This document shows, piece after piece, positions 34,681 through 46,556 of a stretch of DNA of 64,000 nucleotides. The first letter of the stretch is position 1, and each line of letters starts with the position of its first letter. Made by a program: the position numbers and the translations under genes. Under the pieces are notes generated by a model. That model ran no database searches, had not been told where the DNA came from, and saw only the letters and a program-made list of their open reading frames with translations. Source of the DNA: Anaeramoeba ignava BMAN (Eukaryota > Protista > Anaeramoebae); NCBI GenBank assembly GCA_028826165.1, contig JAPDFW010000097.1, positions 1-64,000 on the forward strand. Direction: 5' to 3'.

Positions 34681-35910
34681 GACAACAAAGAAAAAACAAA
34701 GAAAAGAATGAAAATTGAGTTTTCTTGATTTAAAAAAAAATTAAAAAAAAAAAAAATTTTAATTAATTAAAATAAAAAAAAAATTAATTATTTTATAAGA
34801 TCATTGTTATGCCCACAAGAATTTTGACTTTAGATAAAATTAAATTGAAAATTTTATAATAAGATCACAATTAATTTATTTTTTATTTTTTCATTTTAAT
34901 TTTGCTTTTTTATTTTGGTTTTATTTTTCTTACTTTTATATAGTTATAATAAATAAAATTTGTTTTATTAAATGATTATTTTTTATTTACTCTTTTAGAT
35001 GCAATACTTTTTTTATTTTTGGAGGGATTTTTTTCAACTCAAAAAAAATGGCAAAACAGAAACAAATTTTAAATCTATTTCCAAAAAAAAAAATCAATTC
35101 AAAAAAATTATTCGCTTTTGAAATCAAAACTAAAATAAAATTAATTCAAAAATCTTTATTTATCAAAAATAAGACAAAGAACAACTCTCAATTATAACAA
35201 TCAAATTGATCATCAAACAAAAAAGTTTTGCCAACAATTTTTTTAATTCAAATTTTAATTAAAGATGTTAAATTTCAATTAAAATGATGACGAAAGCATT
35301 TTCTTTCTTTTATAAAGAATTTTGATTTAAATAAGAATCATAAAAATGTTATCTATTTATTTTATAGTAAAATAATTCCTTTGTTTGGATCGAATTTTGT
35401 TTAACCATTTAATATTTAAGAATGAAAACAAAATTGAAAATATTTAAAAAAGGAATTCTTATTTATTTTTTTTCCATTCGCCTTTTTTTGTTTTTTTATT
35501 TAAAATTTTTTTTCTTTTCCTTTTATCTTTTTTAGAGTAATAAATGAATAGGTATTAAATTTAAAAAATGAGCGATCAAAAGTAATATAAGAAAAAATTA
35601 TGAAGAGAAAATTTATAAAAGAGAATTTTTTTTTGATAATTTATTTGAGAGAAAATTTTAATTGAATTTTTTTTTTATAATAAGGAAAATGGAGAAAAAA
35701 AAAATTATTCTTCTTTTTAATTTTTTTTTAATTAAATTTCTTTTTTAATTTTTTGACACATTTAATTTTGGATTTTTTATTTTTAATTTTTTTTTTTTAA
35801 TTGGAAAAAAAATTTATTTTTTCTTTCTTTTGATCAATTTTTTTTTTTCTTCATTAAATAATTTAAATTGAAAAAAAAAGAAGTTTTAAAGAGAAGAAGA
35901 AGAAGAAAAA

Positions 35911-36784
35911 ATGCAAGAAAACGAAACAAAACAAAGAAAAGGAAAAGAAACAAAAATAATTGAAAAAAATAATAAAGAAAAAGTTGAAAAAATTGAAAAA
36001 ACGAAAACACAATTCAAACATGCAAAATTTATAAGAATATCAGGAATAGTATTAGGGATATATTACATATTAGCCATAGGGGTATCAAGATATATAACAA
36101 GAGGACCTGATAGTTTTTATGATAATTGGTGGGTTTGTAATGCAGGAATGATTCTTGGAGTTATTGGTATGCTTACATTAAAATTGCAAATGGTTGGTGG
36201 AGCTTGTTTGCTTATTTTCTTTCCAAGTATATTTTGGTGTATTGATGTTGTTAGTTATTTAGTTGCTGGAAAATTACCACTTGGTTCTGCTAGTTATATG
36301 TTTAAAGATGATACACCATTTCTTGAAATTGCATCAACTACTCATCATCTTTGGTATCTTCCTTTTGCTTTGTTTATTATTTCTCTTGAAACTAGAATCA
36401 ATATTAATAGTTGGTTGATCTCAAATGTTTTTGTTACTTTTATTGTTGTTGGTGCTCGTATTTTTACTCCTAAATACACTCTTCTTCCTGATGGAAGAAA
36501 TTTCCTTTTGAATATTAATATGGCTTATAATTTTTGGGGTAAAACAAATCTATTTTTATTTCAAAAAAAATTTATCCGATTTCAAAAAATTTATCCGATT
36601 TTAAATTAAATTATTTCTAAATTATTTAGATGATTGTCCAATTAAATTTATGCATTATTTTGATGATTGGCATCCTGTTGTTTATCTAACTTACATGAAT
36701 TTTATTGGTTATTTTGGTTTTCATTTAGTCGCTTTTATAATTTGTCGTACGATTTCAAGATTAATTTCAAGATCAAAAAAATAA
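35911..36784 (+). CDS. Polytopic membrane protein of unknown function, copy 1
   Basis: About 7 hydrophobic helices with WWVCN and STTHHLWYLP motifs; intron 36539-36629. Confidence 0.8.
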
Positions 36785-37123
36785 TTTCAAACAAAAATAA
36801 CTAAAATTTTTTAATTTCCAAATTTAATCAAATTCAAAAGATTTCTTTAATTTCTTTTTAATTTCTTTCCTTTTTGACTTTTTGACTTGGAAAATAAAGT
36901 GATTTAAATCGAATTTCAAATTGGGAAAATTTTTTGTTCCACTTTTTTTATTTAAAAGGGAAATGAGAGATAAAAAGTAATAGAAGAAAAAATTATGAAG
37001 AGAAAATTTATAAAAGAGAATTTTTTTTTGATAATTTATTTGAGAGAAAATTTTAATTGAATTTTTTTTTTGTAATAAGGAAAATGGAGAAAAAAAAAAT
37101 ATTCTTCTTTTTAGATTAAATAG

Positions 37124-37154
<31 letters not shown>

Positions 37155-37205
37155 TTCCGTTATAAAAATTAATAAATAATTTTAAAAGAAGAAGAAGAAG
37201 AAAAA

Positions 37206-38059
37206 ATGCAAGAAAACGAAACAAAACAAAGAAAAGGAAAAGAAACAAAAATAATTGAAAAAAATAATAAAGAAAAAGTTGAAAAAATTGAAAAAACGAA
37301 AACACAATTCAAACATGCGAAATTTATAAGAATATCAGGAATAGTATTAGGAATATATTACATATTAGCCATAGGGGTATCAAGATATATAACAAGAGGA
37401 CCTGATAGTATTTATGATAATTGGTGGGTTTGTAATGCAGGAATGGTTCTTGGAGTTATTGGTATGCTTACATTAAAATTGCAAATGGTTGGTGGAGCTT
37501 GTTTGCTTATTTTCTTTCCAAGTATATTTTGGTGTATTGATGTTGTTAGTTATTTAGTTGCTAGAAAATTACCACTTGGTTCTGCTAGTTATATGTTTAA
37601 AGATGATACACCATTTCTTGAAATTGCATCAACTACTCATCATCTTTGGTATCTTCCTTTTGCTTTGTTTATTATTTCTCTTGAAACTAGAATCAATATT
37701 AATAGTTGGTTGATCTCAAATGGTGTCTTGACTTTTATTGTTGTTGGTGCTCGTATTTTTACTCCTAAATACACTCTTCTTCCTGATGGAAGAAATTTCC
37801 TTTTGAATGTTAATATGGCTTATAATTTTTGGGGTAAAACAAATCTATTTTTATTTCAAAATTAAAATTAAAATTAAATTAAAAATTAAATTAAAATTAT
37901 TTAGATGATTGTCCAATTAAATTTATGCATTATTTTGATGATTGGCATCCTGTTGTTTATCTAACTTACATGAATTTTATTGGTTATTTTGGTTTTCATT
38001 TAGGCGCTTTTATAATTTGCCATCCAATTTCAAGATTAATTTCAAGATCAAAAAAATAA
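37206..38059 (+). CDS. Polytopic membrane protein of unknown function, copy 2 (tandem duplicate)
   Basis: Near-identical to copy 1 with the same intron position; an upstream ~120-bp block is also duplicated (35590-35710 vs 36983-37110). Confidence 0.8.
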
Positions 38060-38252
38060 TTTCAAACAAAAACAAAAACTAAAATTTTTTAATTTCCAAA
38101 TTTAATCAAATTCAAAAGATTTCTTTAATTTCTTTAATTTCTCTTTAATTTCTCTTTAATTTCTCTTTAATTTCTTTTTAATTTCTTTCATTTGGAAAAT
38201 AAAACAAATTCAATCTCAAATCCTTATTTAATTTATTTAATTAATTTATTAT

Positions 38253-39482
38253 TTAATAAAACCAAGTTTTTGTTTTATGAATTGGAATATGTTGCATTTC
38301 TTTATGATGTTTCTTTGCATAATCATATAAGAAAAAATCAATTAAAACAGAATTCAAATGATAATTTTGTAAATTTGGATCTTTTTCAATTAATTTTAAT
38401 GTTTCATTTTTAAGTAATTCAACTCCCCAAACAGAATTTCCTTTTTTTTTTTTTTAATGAATTTAAAATTAAATTAAATTCTTTTTTTTTTTTTTGAGAT
38501 TAAATTTTTACCTCGAATTTCAATTTCATATTCACTATTTTGTTCAATAAAACAATCTTCTTTTTTAAGTAAATCCATTAATTCATCTGAATATTCAATA
38601 ATTCCTAAATAATTTAAACATTGAGGAACCTAATAAAAAATCAAAATTTAAATCAAAATTAAATCAAAAATTTAAATCAAAAATTAATATTTACTCTATA
38701 ATCAGGAAACATTGTAAGATTATCAATTCCATCTAATTTCCCAATTCCTTTTCCTTCAAAACAACCCCATCTAAAATAATAAAAATTGAATAAAAATTTT
38801 CCCGAAAAGTAAAAAAAAAAAAATTTTAATTTCTTATACAAATAATTATTTACATATCTGCAACTAAAATTTGTGCGCGTTTATAAAAAAATACAGGTTG
38901 ATTTTTATAAACAGATTCATCTCGAAAAGAAGGAAAATTTTCAATAATCAAATCAAGTAATTTTTCAGCATCATTTTGAGCATTTCGAACAACATTAATA
39001 AATTTTCCGTTGAATTTTTTCAAAACAACTTGACCCAGTTGATTCATAAATTCACATCTTTTATCAATTAATAAAATCTGTTCTGATTCGCTATGAAAAA
39101 TTTTTTCAACATCAAGCAAAGTGATTTTTGATAAAAATTCAGGTTGAGTTATTGGAATTGTATTATCAATAGCACGATTTATTGCAGCAAGAAGAGCACT
39201 ATAACCTGAGTATTGATTTTCTTTATATTTAACTATGAAATTTGACCAGAAAGCAAAATTAAGTGTGTCAACTAGAAAAATCCAATCAAGTGTTTTTTCA
39301 TTTGATTCTGATGGATGTAATGGATGATTATGCCAATTACTAATATCTAATTTTTTTTCTTTAAGAAAAGAAAGCAAAAAAGTGGAACAATTTTGGATTT
39401 TTTCCAAATTTATTTTGACATGTTTGCTATTTTCAGAAATAAATTTAGCAGAATTTTTAACTTTATTTGTTTTTGATTCCAT
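38253..39482 (-). CDS. QNG1: Queuosine salvage protein (DUF2419, queuosine 5'-phosphate N-glycosylase)
   Basis: WIFLVDTLNFAFW, FRDESVYKNQPVFFYKRAQILVAD, LTMFPDYRVPQ, EIEIR and HKTKTWFY*, across 3 introns. Confidence 0.93.
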
Positions 39483-39763
39483 TTCTAAAAATGAAAAATG
39501 AAAAAAATGAAAAAAATGAAAAATTAAAAATGAAAAAAATGAAAAAAAATTTTTTAATTTAAGGGTTTCATTTGAAGTTTTGTGGTTTTATTTACCACAA
39601 AACAAACATTAGTTTTTTTTTGTGTTAATTCTCTTTTTTTTTTTGAAAGAAAAAGAAGAAAAGAAAGAAGAAGATGAAAGAAGAAAAAAAAGATTTTGAT
39701 TATTTTTTTTTTGATTGAATTTTGATCCAGAAAAAAAAATTATTAGATTTTTCAACAGTAATT

Positions 39764-42523
39764 TTAATTTGTTTTCTTTTCTGAATTATCACCAGAGATT
39801 TCTGTTTTAATTCTGTGAGCTAAAACGTTAGCAAAATCAACCTTTGTTCCAGTATAAGGTAATTTTTTTCTTAAACTTTTGAAAGTTGTATCTCCCATTT
39901 GTATGTAATTTTGAACAAGGGATTCATGGAATTGATTTTCTAAATTTTGAATCAATTCCACAACTTTTTTTGCAGTTGTTTGAGGATCCTTAATTTTCAA
40001 ATAAGTTTTCAAATAAATTTTCAATTCAATTTTCAAATAAATTTTCAAATAAATTTTCAATTCAATTTTCAAATAAATTTTCATTTCAATTTTCAAATAA
40101 ATTTTCAAATAAATTTTAATTTTAATTTTAATTTTCATTTTCAAATAAATTTTAATTTTCATTTTAATTTTAATTTTCATTTTAATTTTAATTTTCAAAT
40201 AAATTTTCAAATAAATTTTCAAATAAATTTTCAAATAAATTTTCAAATAAATTTTCAATTCAATTTTCAAATAAATTTTCATTTTAATTTTCAAATAAAT
40301 TTTTAATTCAATTTTCAAATAAATTTTTAATTCAATTTTCATTTCAATTTTCAAATAAATTTTAATTTTAATTTTAAAAATTATTTACTGTAACTTGAAG
40401 ATCAGCTTTAAATTCTTTATAAGTAGTAAGTTGTACATTTCCATCTTCATAATAATGAGTATTAACTTTAATTTCACCTTTAAGTGTAGTAGAAGTATTT
40501 GGAGTTCCATTCATTTCCCAAACACTTCTCCAACGACCATTCCTAAATTAATTTTAATTTTAATTTTAATTTTAATTTTTAATTTTTATTTTTATTTTTA
40601 TTTTCAATTTAATTTCAATTTAATTTTTAATTGAAAAATACCAGAAATTAGAAGGACTAAATCTAGCTCCAGTGATACAAATAACAATCTTATTATCCTC
40701 ATCATCATAAACAGAACTTGCTCCTTCTACAAAATAAGTTTCACCATATTTTTGAATTTCTTTTCCAATTACTTCTCGAAGTTCAGTTCCTTTTTCTCCT
40801 TCTTTTTTATCACCTGTAAATTTTGCTGAAAAATGATCAAAACGAAACATCTAAAAAGAAAATTTTTTTAAATCAATTTCGAAATTAAATAATAAATTAA
40901 ATTATAAATAAAATTATAAAATAAATTATAAATAAAATTATAAATAAAATTATAAATTAAAATATAAATTAAATTATAAATTAAATTATAAATTAAATTA
41001 TAAATAAAATTACAAATAAAATTATAAATTAAATTATAAATTAAATTATAAATTAAATTATAAATAAAATTATAAATAAAATTATAAATAAAATTATAAA
41101 TAAAATTATAAATAAAATTATAAATAAAATTATAAATAAAATTATAAATTAAATTATAAATAAAATTATAAATTAAATTATAAATTAAATTATAAATTAA
41201 ATTATAAATAAAATTATAAATAAAATTGTAAATTAAATTATAAATAAAATTATAAATTAAATTATAAATTAAATTATAGATAAAATTATAAATTAAATTA
41301 TAAATTAAAATTATAAATAAAATTATAAATTAAATTATAAATAAAATTATAAATTAAATTATAAATTAAATTATAAATTAAATTATAAATTAAATTATAA
41401 ATAAAATTATAAATTAAGAAATTATAAATTAAATTATAAATTAAATTATAAATTAAATTATAAATAAAATTATAAATTAAATTATAAATTAAATTATAAA
41501 ATAAATTAAATTATAAATTAAATTATAAATAAAATTATAAATTAAATTATAAATTAAAATTATAAATTAAATTATAAATAAAATTATAAATAAAATTATA
41601 AATTAAATTATAAATTAAATTATAAATTAAATTATAAATTAAATTATAAATAAAATTATAAATAAAATTATAAATTAAATTATAAATAAAATTATAAATT
41701 AAATTATAAATAAAATTATAAATAAAATTATAAATTAAATTATAAATAAAATATAAATTAAATTATAAATTAAATTATAAATTAAATTATAAATAAAATT
41801 ATAAATTAAATTATAAATTAAATTATAAATAAAATTATAAATAAAATTATAAATAAAATATAAATTAAATTATAAATTAAATTATAAATAAAATTATAAA
41901 TTAAATTATAAATTAAATTATAAATAAAATTATAAATTAAATTATAAATAAAATTATAAATAAAATTATAAATTAAATTATAAATAAAATTATAAATAAA
42001 ATTATAAATTAAATTATAAATTAAATTATAAATTAAAATATAAATTAAATTATAAATAAAAATATAAATAAAATTATAAATTAAATTGAAAAATAACGTT
42101 TAGAAAATAAATTCGAAATTTTTCAATTAAAATTATTAAAAAAAAAAGCAAAAAAAAAAATTATTACCATTCCCGAAATTGGATCAAGATAATAATCAGG
42201 ATTCTCTTGTGATTCTGAATATTCTGTAACAAGAACAGGATAACCAAGCTCTTCTATAGTATCAAAAACCATTTGGTCTTCATTATATTCCTTCAAACAA
42301 GCGATTATAACCTTATTAACAATTGGATTATCACCCAAAATTGATTTGACATCTATTTATTAATAATAATTAATAATAAATTATTTTTATTATTTTTATT
42401 TAATAAATAAATTAATTTTCTTCTTTTAATACCTGTTAAAACTTCTTTAAATTCTCCAGGAGGTGAAGAGAGAAGAAATTTACTTATAATTCTAATTATT
42501 TCTTCTTCTGAAAGATTTTCCAT
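39764..42523 (-). CDS. CAPZA: F-actin capping protein alpha subunit
   Basis: FLLSSPPGEFKEVLTDV, FSPSNFWNGRWRS, THYYEDGNVQL, TTFKSLRKKLPYTGTKVDF; introns include 40851-42167 and 39989-40388. Confidence 0.95.
40851..42167 (-). repeat. 1317-bp CAPZA intron filled with a ~12-bp (AAATTATAAATT/A)n repeat
   Basis: GT-AG boundaries join PISGM|MFRFDHF; the repeat is visible. Confidence 0.88.
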
Positions 42524-42738
42524 TTAAATTATTAAAAAAAATTTTTTTTATTTTTTGTTTTTTGTTTTTTAAAAAGAAGAAAAAAAAAAAAGAAGAAAAA
42601 TGAGAAAATAAAATAAAAACAAAAAAAATTTTTCGTTTAATAATTTTGAGTAATAATTATTAATTTTTTTTAATTTTTTTTAATTTTTTTAATTAATTTT
42701 TTTCATTTTTTTCTTTTATTTTTAATTAATTTAAACAA

Positions 42739-43848
42739 ATGAATTTTTCTTTTAAAAATGATTTGGATTTAATTTGTGAAAGAATTGATGCTAAAATAAT
42801 TGAATGTTTTCAAATTTATGGAGAAATGAATAGTTTTATTGGAGAAAATATGAAAGTTTTAAAAGATGGTTTTTTGGTTTTGAGTCAAGCTCAATTATCA
42901 ATGAGAACATCAGATAGACATCGTTTAACTGTTATTAAAAATAGTAAATTAGAAGCTTTAGCACGAATTTATGTTGAAAATCATGAAGAAGAAGATTTAT
43001 TTTTTTTACAAGCTAAAAATGAAAAAGAAAATGATAAAGAAAATGAAAAAGAAAATGAAAATGATAAAGAAAATGATAAAGAAAATGATAAAGAAAATGA
43101 AAAAGAAAATGAAAAAGAAAATGAAAAAGAAAATGATAAAGAAAATGATAAAGAAAATGAAATTGACAATAAAGAAAATGAAAAAGAAAATGATAAAGAA
43201 AATAATAAAGAAAATGAAATTGACAATAAACAAAATGAAATTGACAATAAAGAAAATGATAAACAAAATGATAAACAAAATGAAATTGACAATAAACAAA
43301 ATGATATATCAGAAAATATACCAAACCAAACAATAATTCAATCAGAAATTAGATATAGAAAAAGAGGTGGGAAAATAGATTCAAAAATAGATTCAAAAAT
43401 AGATTCAAAAATAGATTCAAAAATAGATTCAAAAATAGATTCAAAAATAGATTCAAAAATAGATTCAAAAAAAGATTCAAAAATAAATGAAAAAAATGAT
43501 GAAAAAAATGATGAAAAAAATAAATTGAATTCTCATCTTTTTGGTGGTAAAAATGACCCTATTAGATTTTTTGGTTTATTTGCTCCTCAAAATTTAAAAG
43601 TTGCTCAATTTAAATTTTGGGATTCTTTAGAATTAATTACTAAAATTGCACAAAAAAAGAAAAAAATATTAAAATTAATTCCTGAAATTGAAAAATTAAT
43701 TCAAAAAAAAGAGGAAATTTTAAAACAACAATTAAATCAAAATGAAAATCAAAATGAAAATCAAAATCAAAATCAAAATTTAAATCAAAATGAAAATGAA
43801 AATGAAAATGAAAATCAAAATGAAAATCAAAATCAAAATCAAAATTAA
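42739..43848 (+). CDS. CCDC115: V-ATPase assembly factor CCDC115/Vma22 with low-complexity inserts
   Basis: LKDGFLVLSQAQ...; DPIRFFGLFAPQNLKVAQFKF matches the DPLxWFGxLVPxxLRxAQxxF motif. Confidence 0.85.
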   Translation: MNFSFKNDLDLICERIDAKIIECFQIYGEMNSFIGENMKVLKDGFLVLSQAQLSMRTSDRHRLTVIKNSKLEALARIYVENHEEEDLFFLQAKNEKENDKENEKENENDKENDKENDKENEKENEKENEKENDKENDKENEIDNKENEKENDKENNKENEIDNKQNEIDNKENDKQNDKQNEIDNKQNDISENIPNQTIIQSEIRYRKRGGKIDSKIDSKIDSKIDSKIDSKIDSKIDSKIDSKKDSKINEKNDEKNDEKNKLNSHLFGGKNDPIRFFGLFAPQNLKVAQFKFWDSLELITKIAQKKKKILKLIPEIEKLIQKKEEILKQQLNQNENQNENQNQNQNLNQNENENENENQNENQNQNQN

Positions 43849-44125
43849 AACCAAAATCAAAATTAAAATTAAAATGAAAATCAAAATTAAAATCAAAATT
43901 AAAATTAAAATTAAAATTAAAATGAAAATCAAAATGAAAATCAAAATCAAAATGAAAATTAAAAATCGGAAAAAAAATGAAATAATTGAATATCAATTGT
44001 TTTTTTCTTTATTTTTTGTTTAAAAAAATAACGTTTTTTTTTTAAAGGGATAATTAAAAATAAAAAAATTGAAAAAAAAAAAATGAAATAGAAAAAGTTG
44101 TTTTTGAAGTTTATTTTTACTTCAC

Positions 44126-45216
44126 ATGAATTTTTCTTTTGGTTTAAGTGATATTTATGGTATTAGTCCAGTGCACAAAAACTCAAACGCATTAGAATTA
44201 TTTCAAGAGAAACAATCAACAAAACAACAAAGAAAAAGAAGTAAAAGAGCAAAAAGATTCACATATGATGAAGATCAAAGGATTTTAGAAGTAAATTAAA
44301 TGCCAAAAAAAAAATAAAAAAAAAAGAAAAAATTTTAAGTTAAATTTATTTAAAAAAAAAAGGGATTTCAAAAATTTGGAAAAGATTGGAAGAAAATTGC
44401 AGAATGGGCTCAATTAGATCGAACAACCTCTCAAATTTCATCGAGATTCTCAAGGAAATTAAAGCATAGAACGGAGCGTTCAACTGAAAATTCAAATCAT
44501 CAATCAGATCTTAATTCTTCAATTCCAAATTTAAATATAAATGAAAAAGTTGAAAATAGTGATGTTGAAAAACTTATTGAAACAGAACAAGAAACAACTA
44601 TTGATAATGAAAGTATTATTGAAGCTGATTTATATCCAAATTCTTTTGTTGATGCTACTACTCAAACTGATTATCCTGATCATGAAGATTTGCAAGATAA
44701 ACTTGTTGATCAACAAACTAGAATTGAACAACTTGAAGCAGAAAATGCTGAAATGCGTAAAAAACTCGCTGAATTACAAACTGTAATTTAAATTAAAATT
44801 AAAATTAAAATTAAAATCCAAATTCAAAAATTAAAATCAAAATTAAAATCTAAATTAAAATCAAAATTAAAATCAAAATTAAAATCAAAATCTAAATTAA
44901 AATTAAAATTAAAAAATGAAAGAGTTTTGAAGAAGAAATTGAAAGAGAAAAAGAAATTACAACAAAAGCAAAAAAAGAACTTCTAAGAGTTCTTCAAAGA
45001 GAATCTTTATTACAAAAACAAAGAAGAAGAGAAGAGGCACAAAAAAATAAAGTAAATTTAGGTTATTTCTCATCACAAAGAACAAAAACAGGTTATGAAG
45101 AGTATTGGATTAACGGAGAAGAAATTATTGAATTTGATGAAAAATATGTAAATAAATAAATAAATAATATAAATAAAAAAAAAATTTTTCACCTTTTGAT
45201 CATTTTTGGATCAAAA

Positions 45217-45248
<32 letters not shown>

Positions 45249-46389
45249 GGAATTTGTTCGAATCGAAGAAGAAGATGTCAGAAGTAAAAAAAGAGAATCA
45301 CAAAGAAGAAAAAACGAGCTTTTAGCAATCAAACAAAGAACAAAAGAGCAAGATCTCGAAATTACTGATTTAATTGATCAAGATCAAATGTATCAACTTC
45401 GGTTAATATCATTGAAAAAACAAAAAACGGATTTAGAGCGAATAAGGGAAAGACTTTTAGCAGAAAAACAAACGCACATGAAAAACTTAATAATGATTGA
45501 GAACGAAGAAGTTTCGAAGTTTCGAGATGTGCCTGTATTAAACGGAGGAAGATATTTGATTCGTTCGTTGATTGGCAAAGGAGGTTTTTCTGAAGTTTTT
45601 ATGGGATATGATCTTGGTGAATTAAGGGATGTTGCTTGCAAAATTCATCAAGTAAATCCGTTATGGACACACGAGAAAAAAAAGAACTACATTCGGCACT
45701 CAATTCGCGAATACGATATCCACAAAAACTTGAATCATCCTCGTGTTGTCAAGCTTTATGATGTTTTTGAAATTGACGAAAATTCGTTTTGCATTATAAT
45801 TGAATACTGCAGTAAAGGCGATCTTGAAAGTCTTCTTAAAACTCGAGGAAAGCTGTCAGAAAGAGAAGCAAGATCAATCATAACTCAGATCTTTTTTGGA
45901 CTTGAATACTTGAACAAACAAAAGCGAAAAATTATTCACTATGATCTCAAACCAGGAAATATTCTTTTTTCTGATGAAGGAATAAAAATAACGGATTTTG
46001 GATTGTCAAAAATTGTTCAAGAAGAAAGTGAGGCTACAGAACTGACTTCTCAAGGTGCAGGAACATATTGGTATCTTCCACCAGAATGTTTTACTTCCTT
46101 AAAACCCAAAATTTCCTCAAAAGTGGATGTTTGGTCTGCTGGCGTTATTTTCTTTGAAATGCTTTATGGTCATCGTCCTTTTGGTGATAATTTGTCTCAA
46201 ACTGAAGTCTGGAATTCAAGAATTATTTCAAATGCTCGATCTGTTGTTTTTCCTAAAAGACCCGTTGTTTCTCAAGAAACACAAGACTTTATTCGTCTTT
46301 GCTTGACTTATGAACAAAGTGAAAGGCCTGATGTTCTTTCTATTTTTAAAAGGCCTTATTTGAAAAGAGAATTCCAAAACAAGAAATAA
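44126..46389 (+). CDS. TLK: Tousled-like kinase with an N-terminal Myb/SANT domain, 4 exons
   Basis: Exons 44126-44290, 44363-44782, 44923-45147 and 45250-46389 join in frame. TLK motifs: LGYFSSQR...EYWING, LIGKGGFSEV, ACKIHQ, HYDLKPGN, LTSQGAGTYWYLPPECF. Confidence 0.93.
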
Positions 46390-46556
46390 GATTTTGTTTT
46401 TTTGTTTGATTTTTTTTTTTTCAAAAATAAAACAGAAATTTGATTAATTTTTTTCTTTTTTTTTTTGGATCAAATTTGATCAAATTTATTTCAAATCTTT
46501 TTTTATTTCAAATCTTTTTTTTTATTCCATTTTTTTATTTCAAATTAAATTCTAAA

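Noticed and set aside
39989-40388. KIYL/KIEL-repeat ORF fused to the CapZ-alpha C-terminus
   Set aside because: It is a 400-bp GT-AG intron; splicing restores the normal CapZ-alpha sequence.
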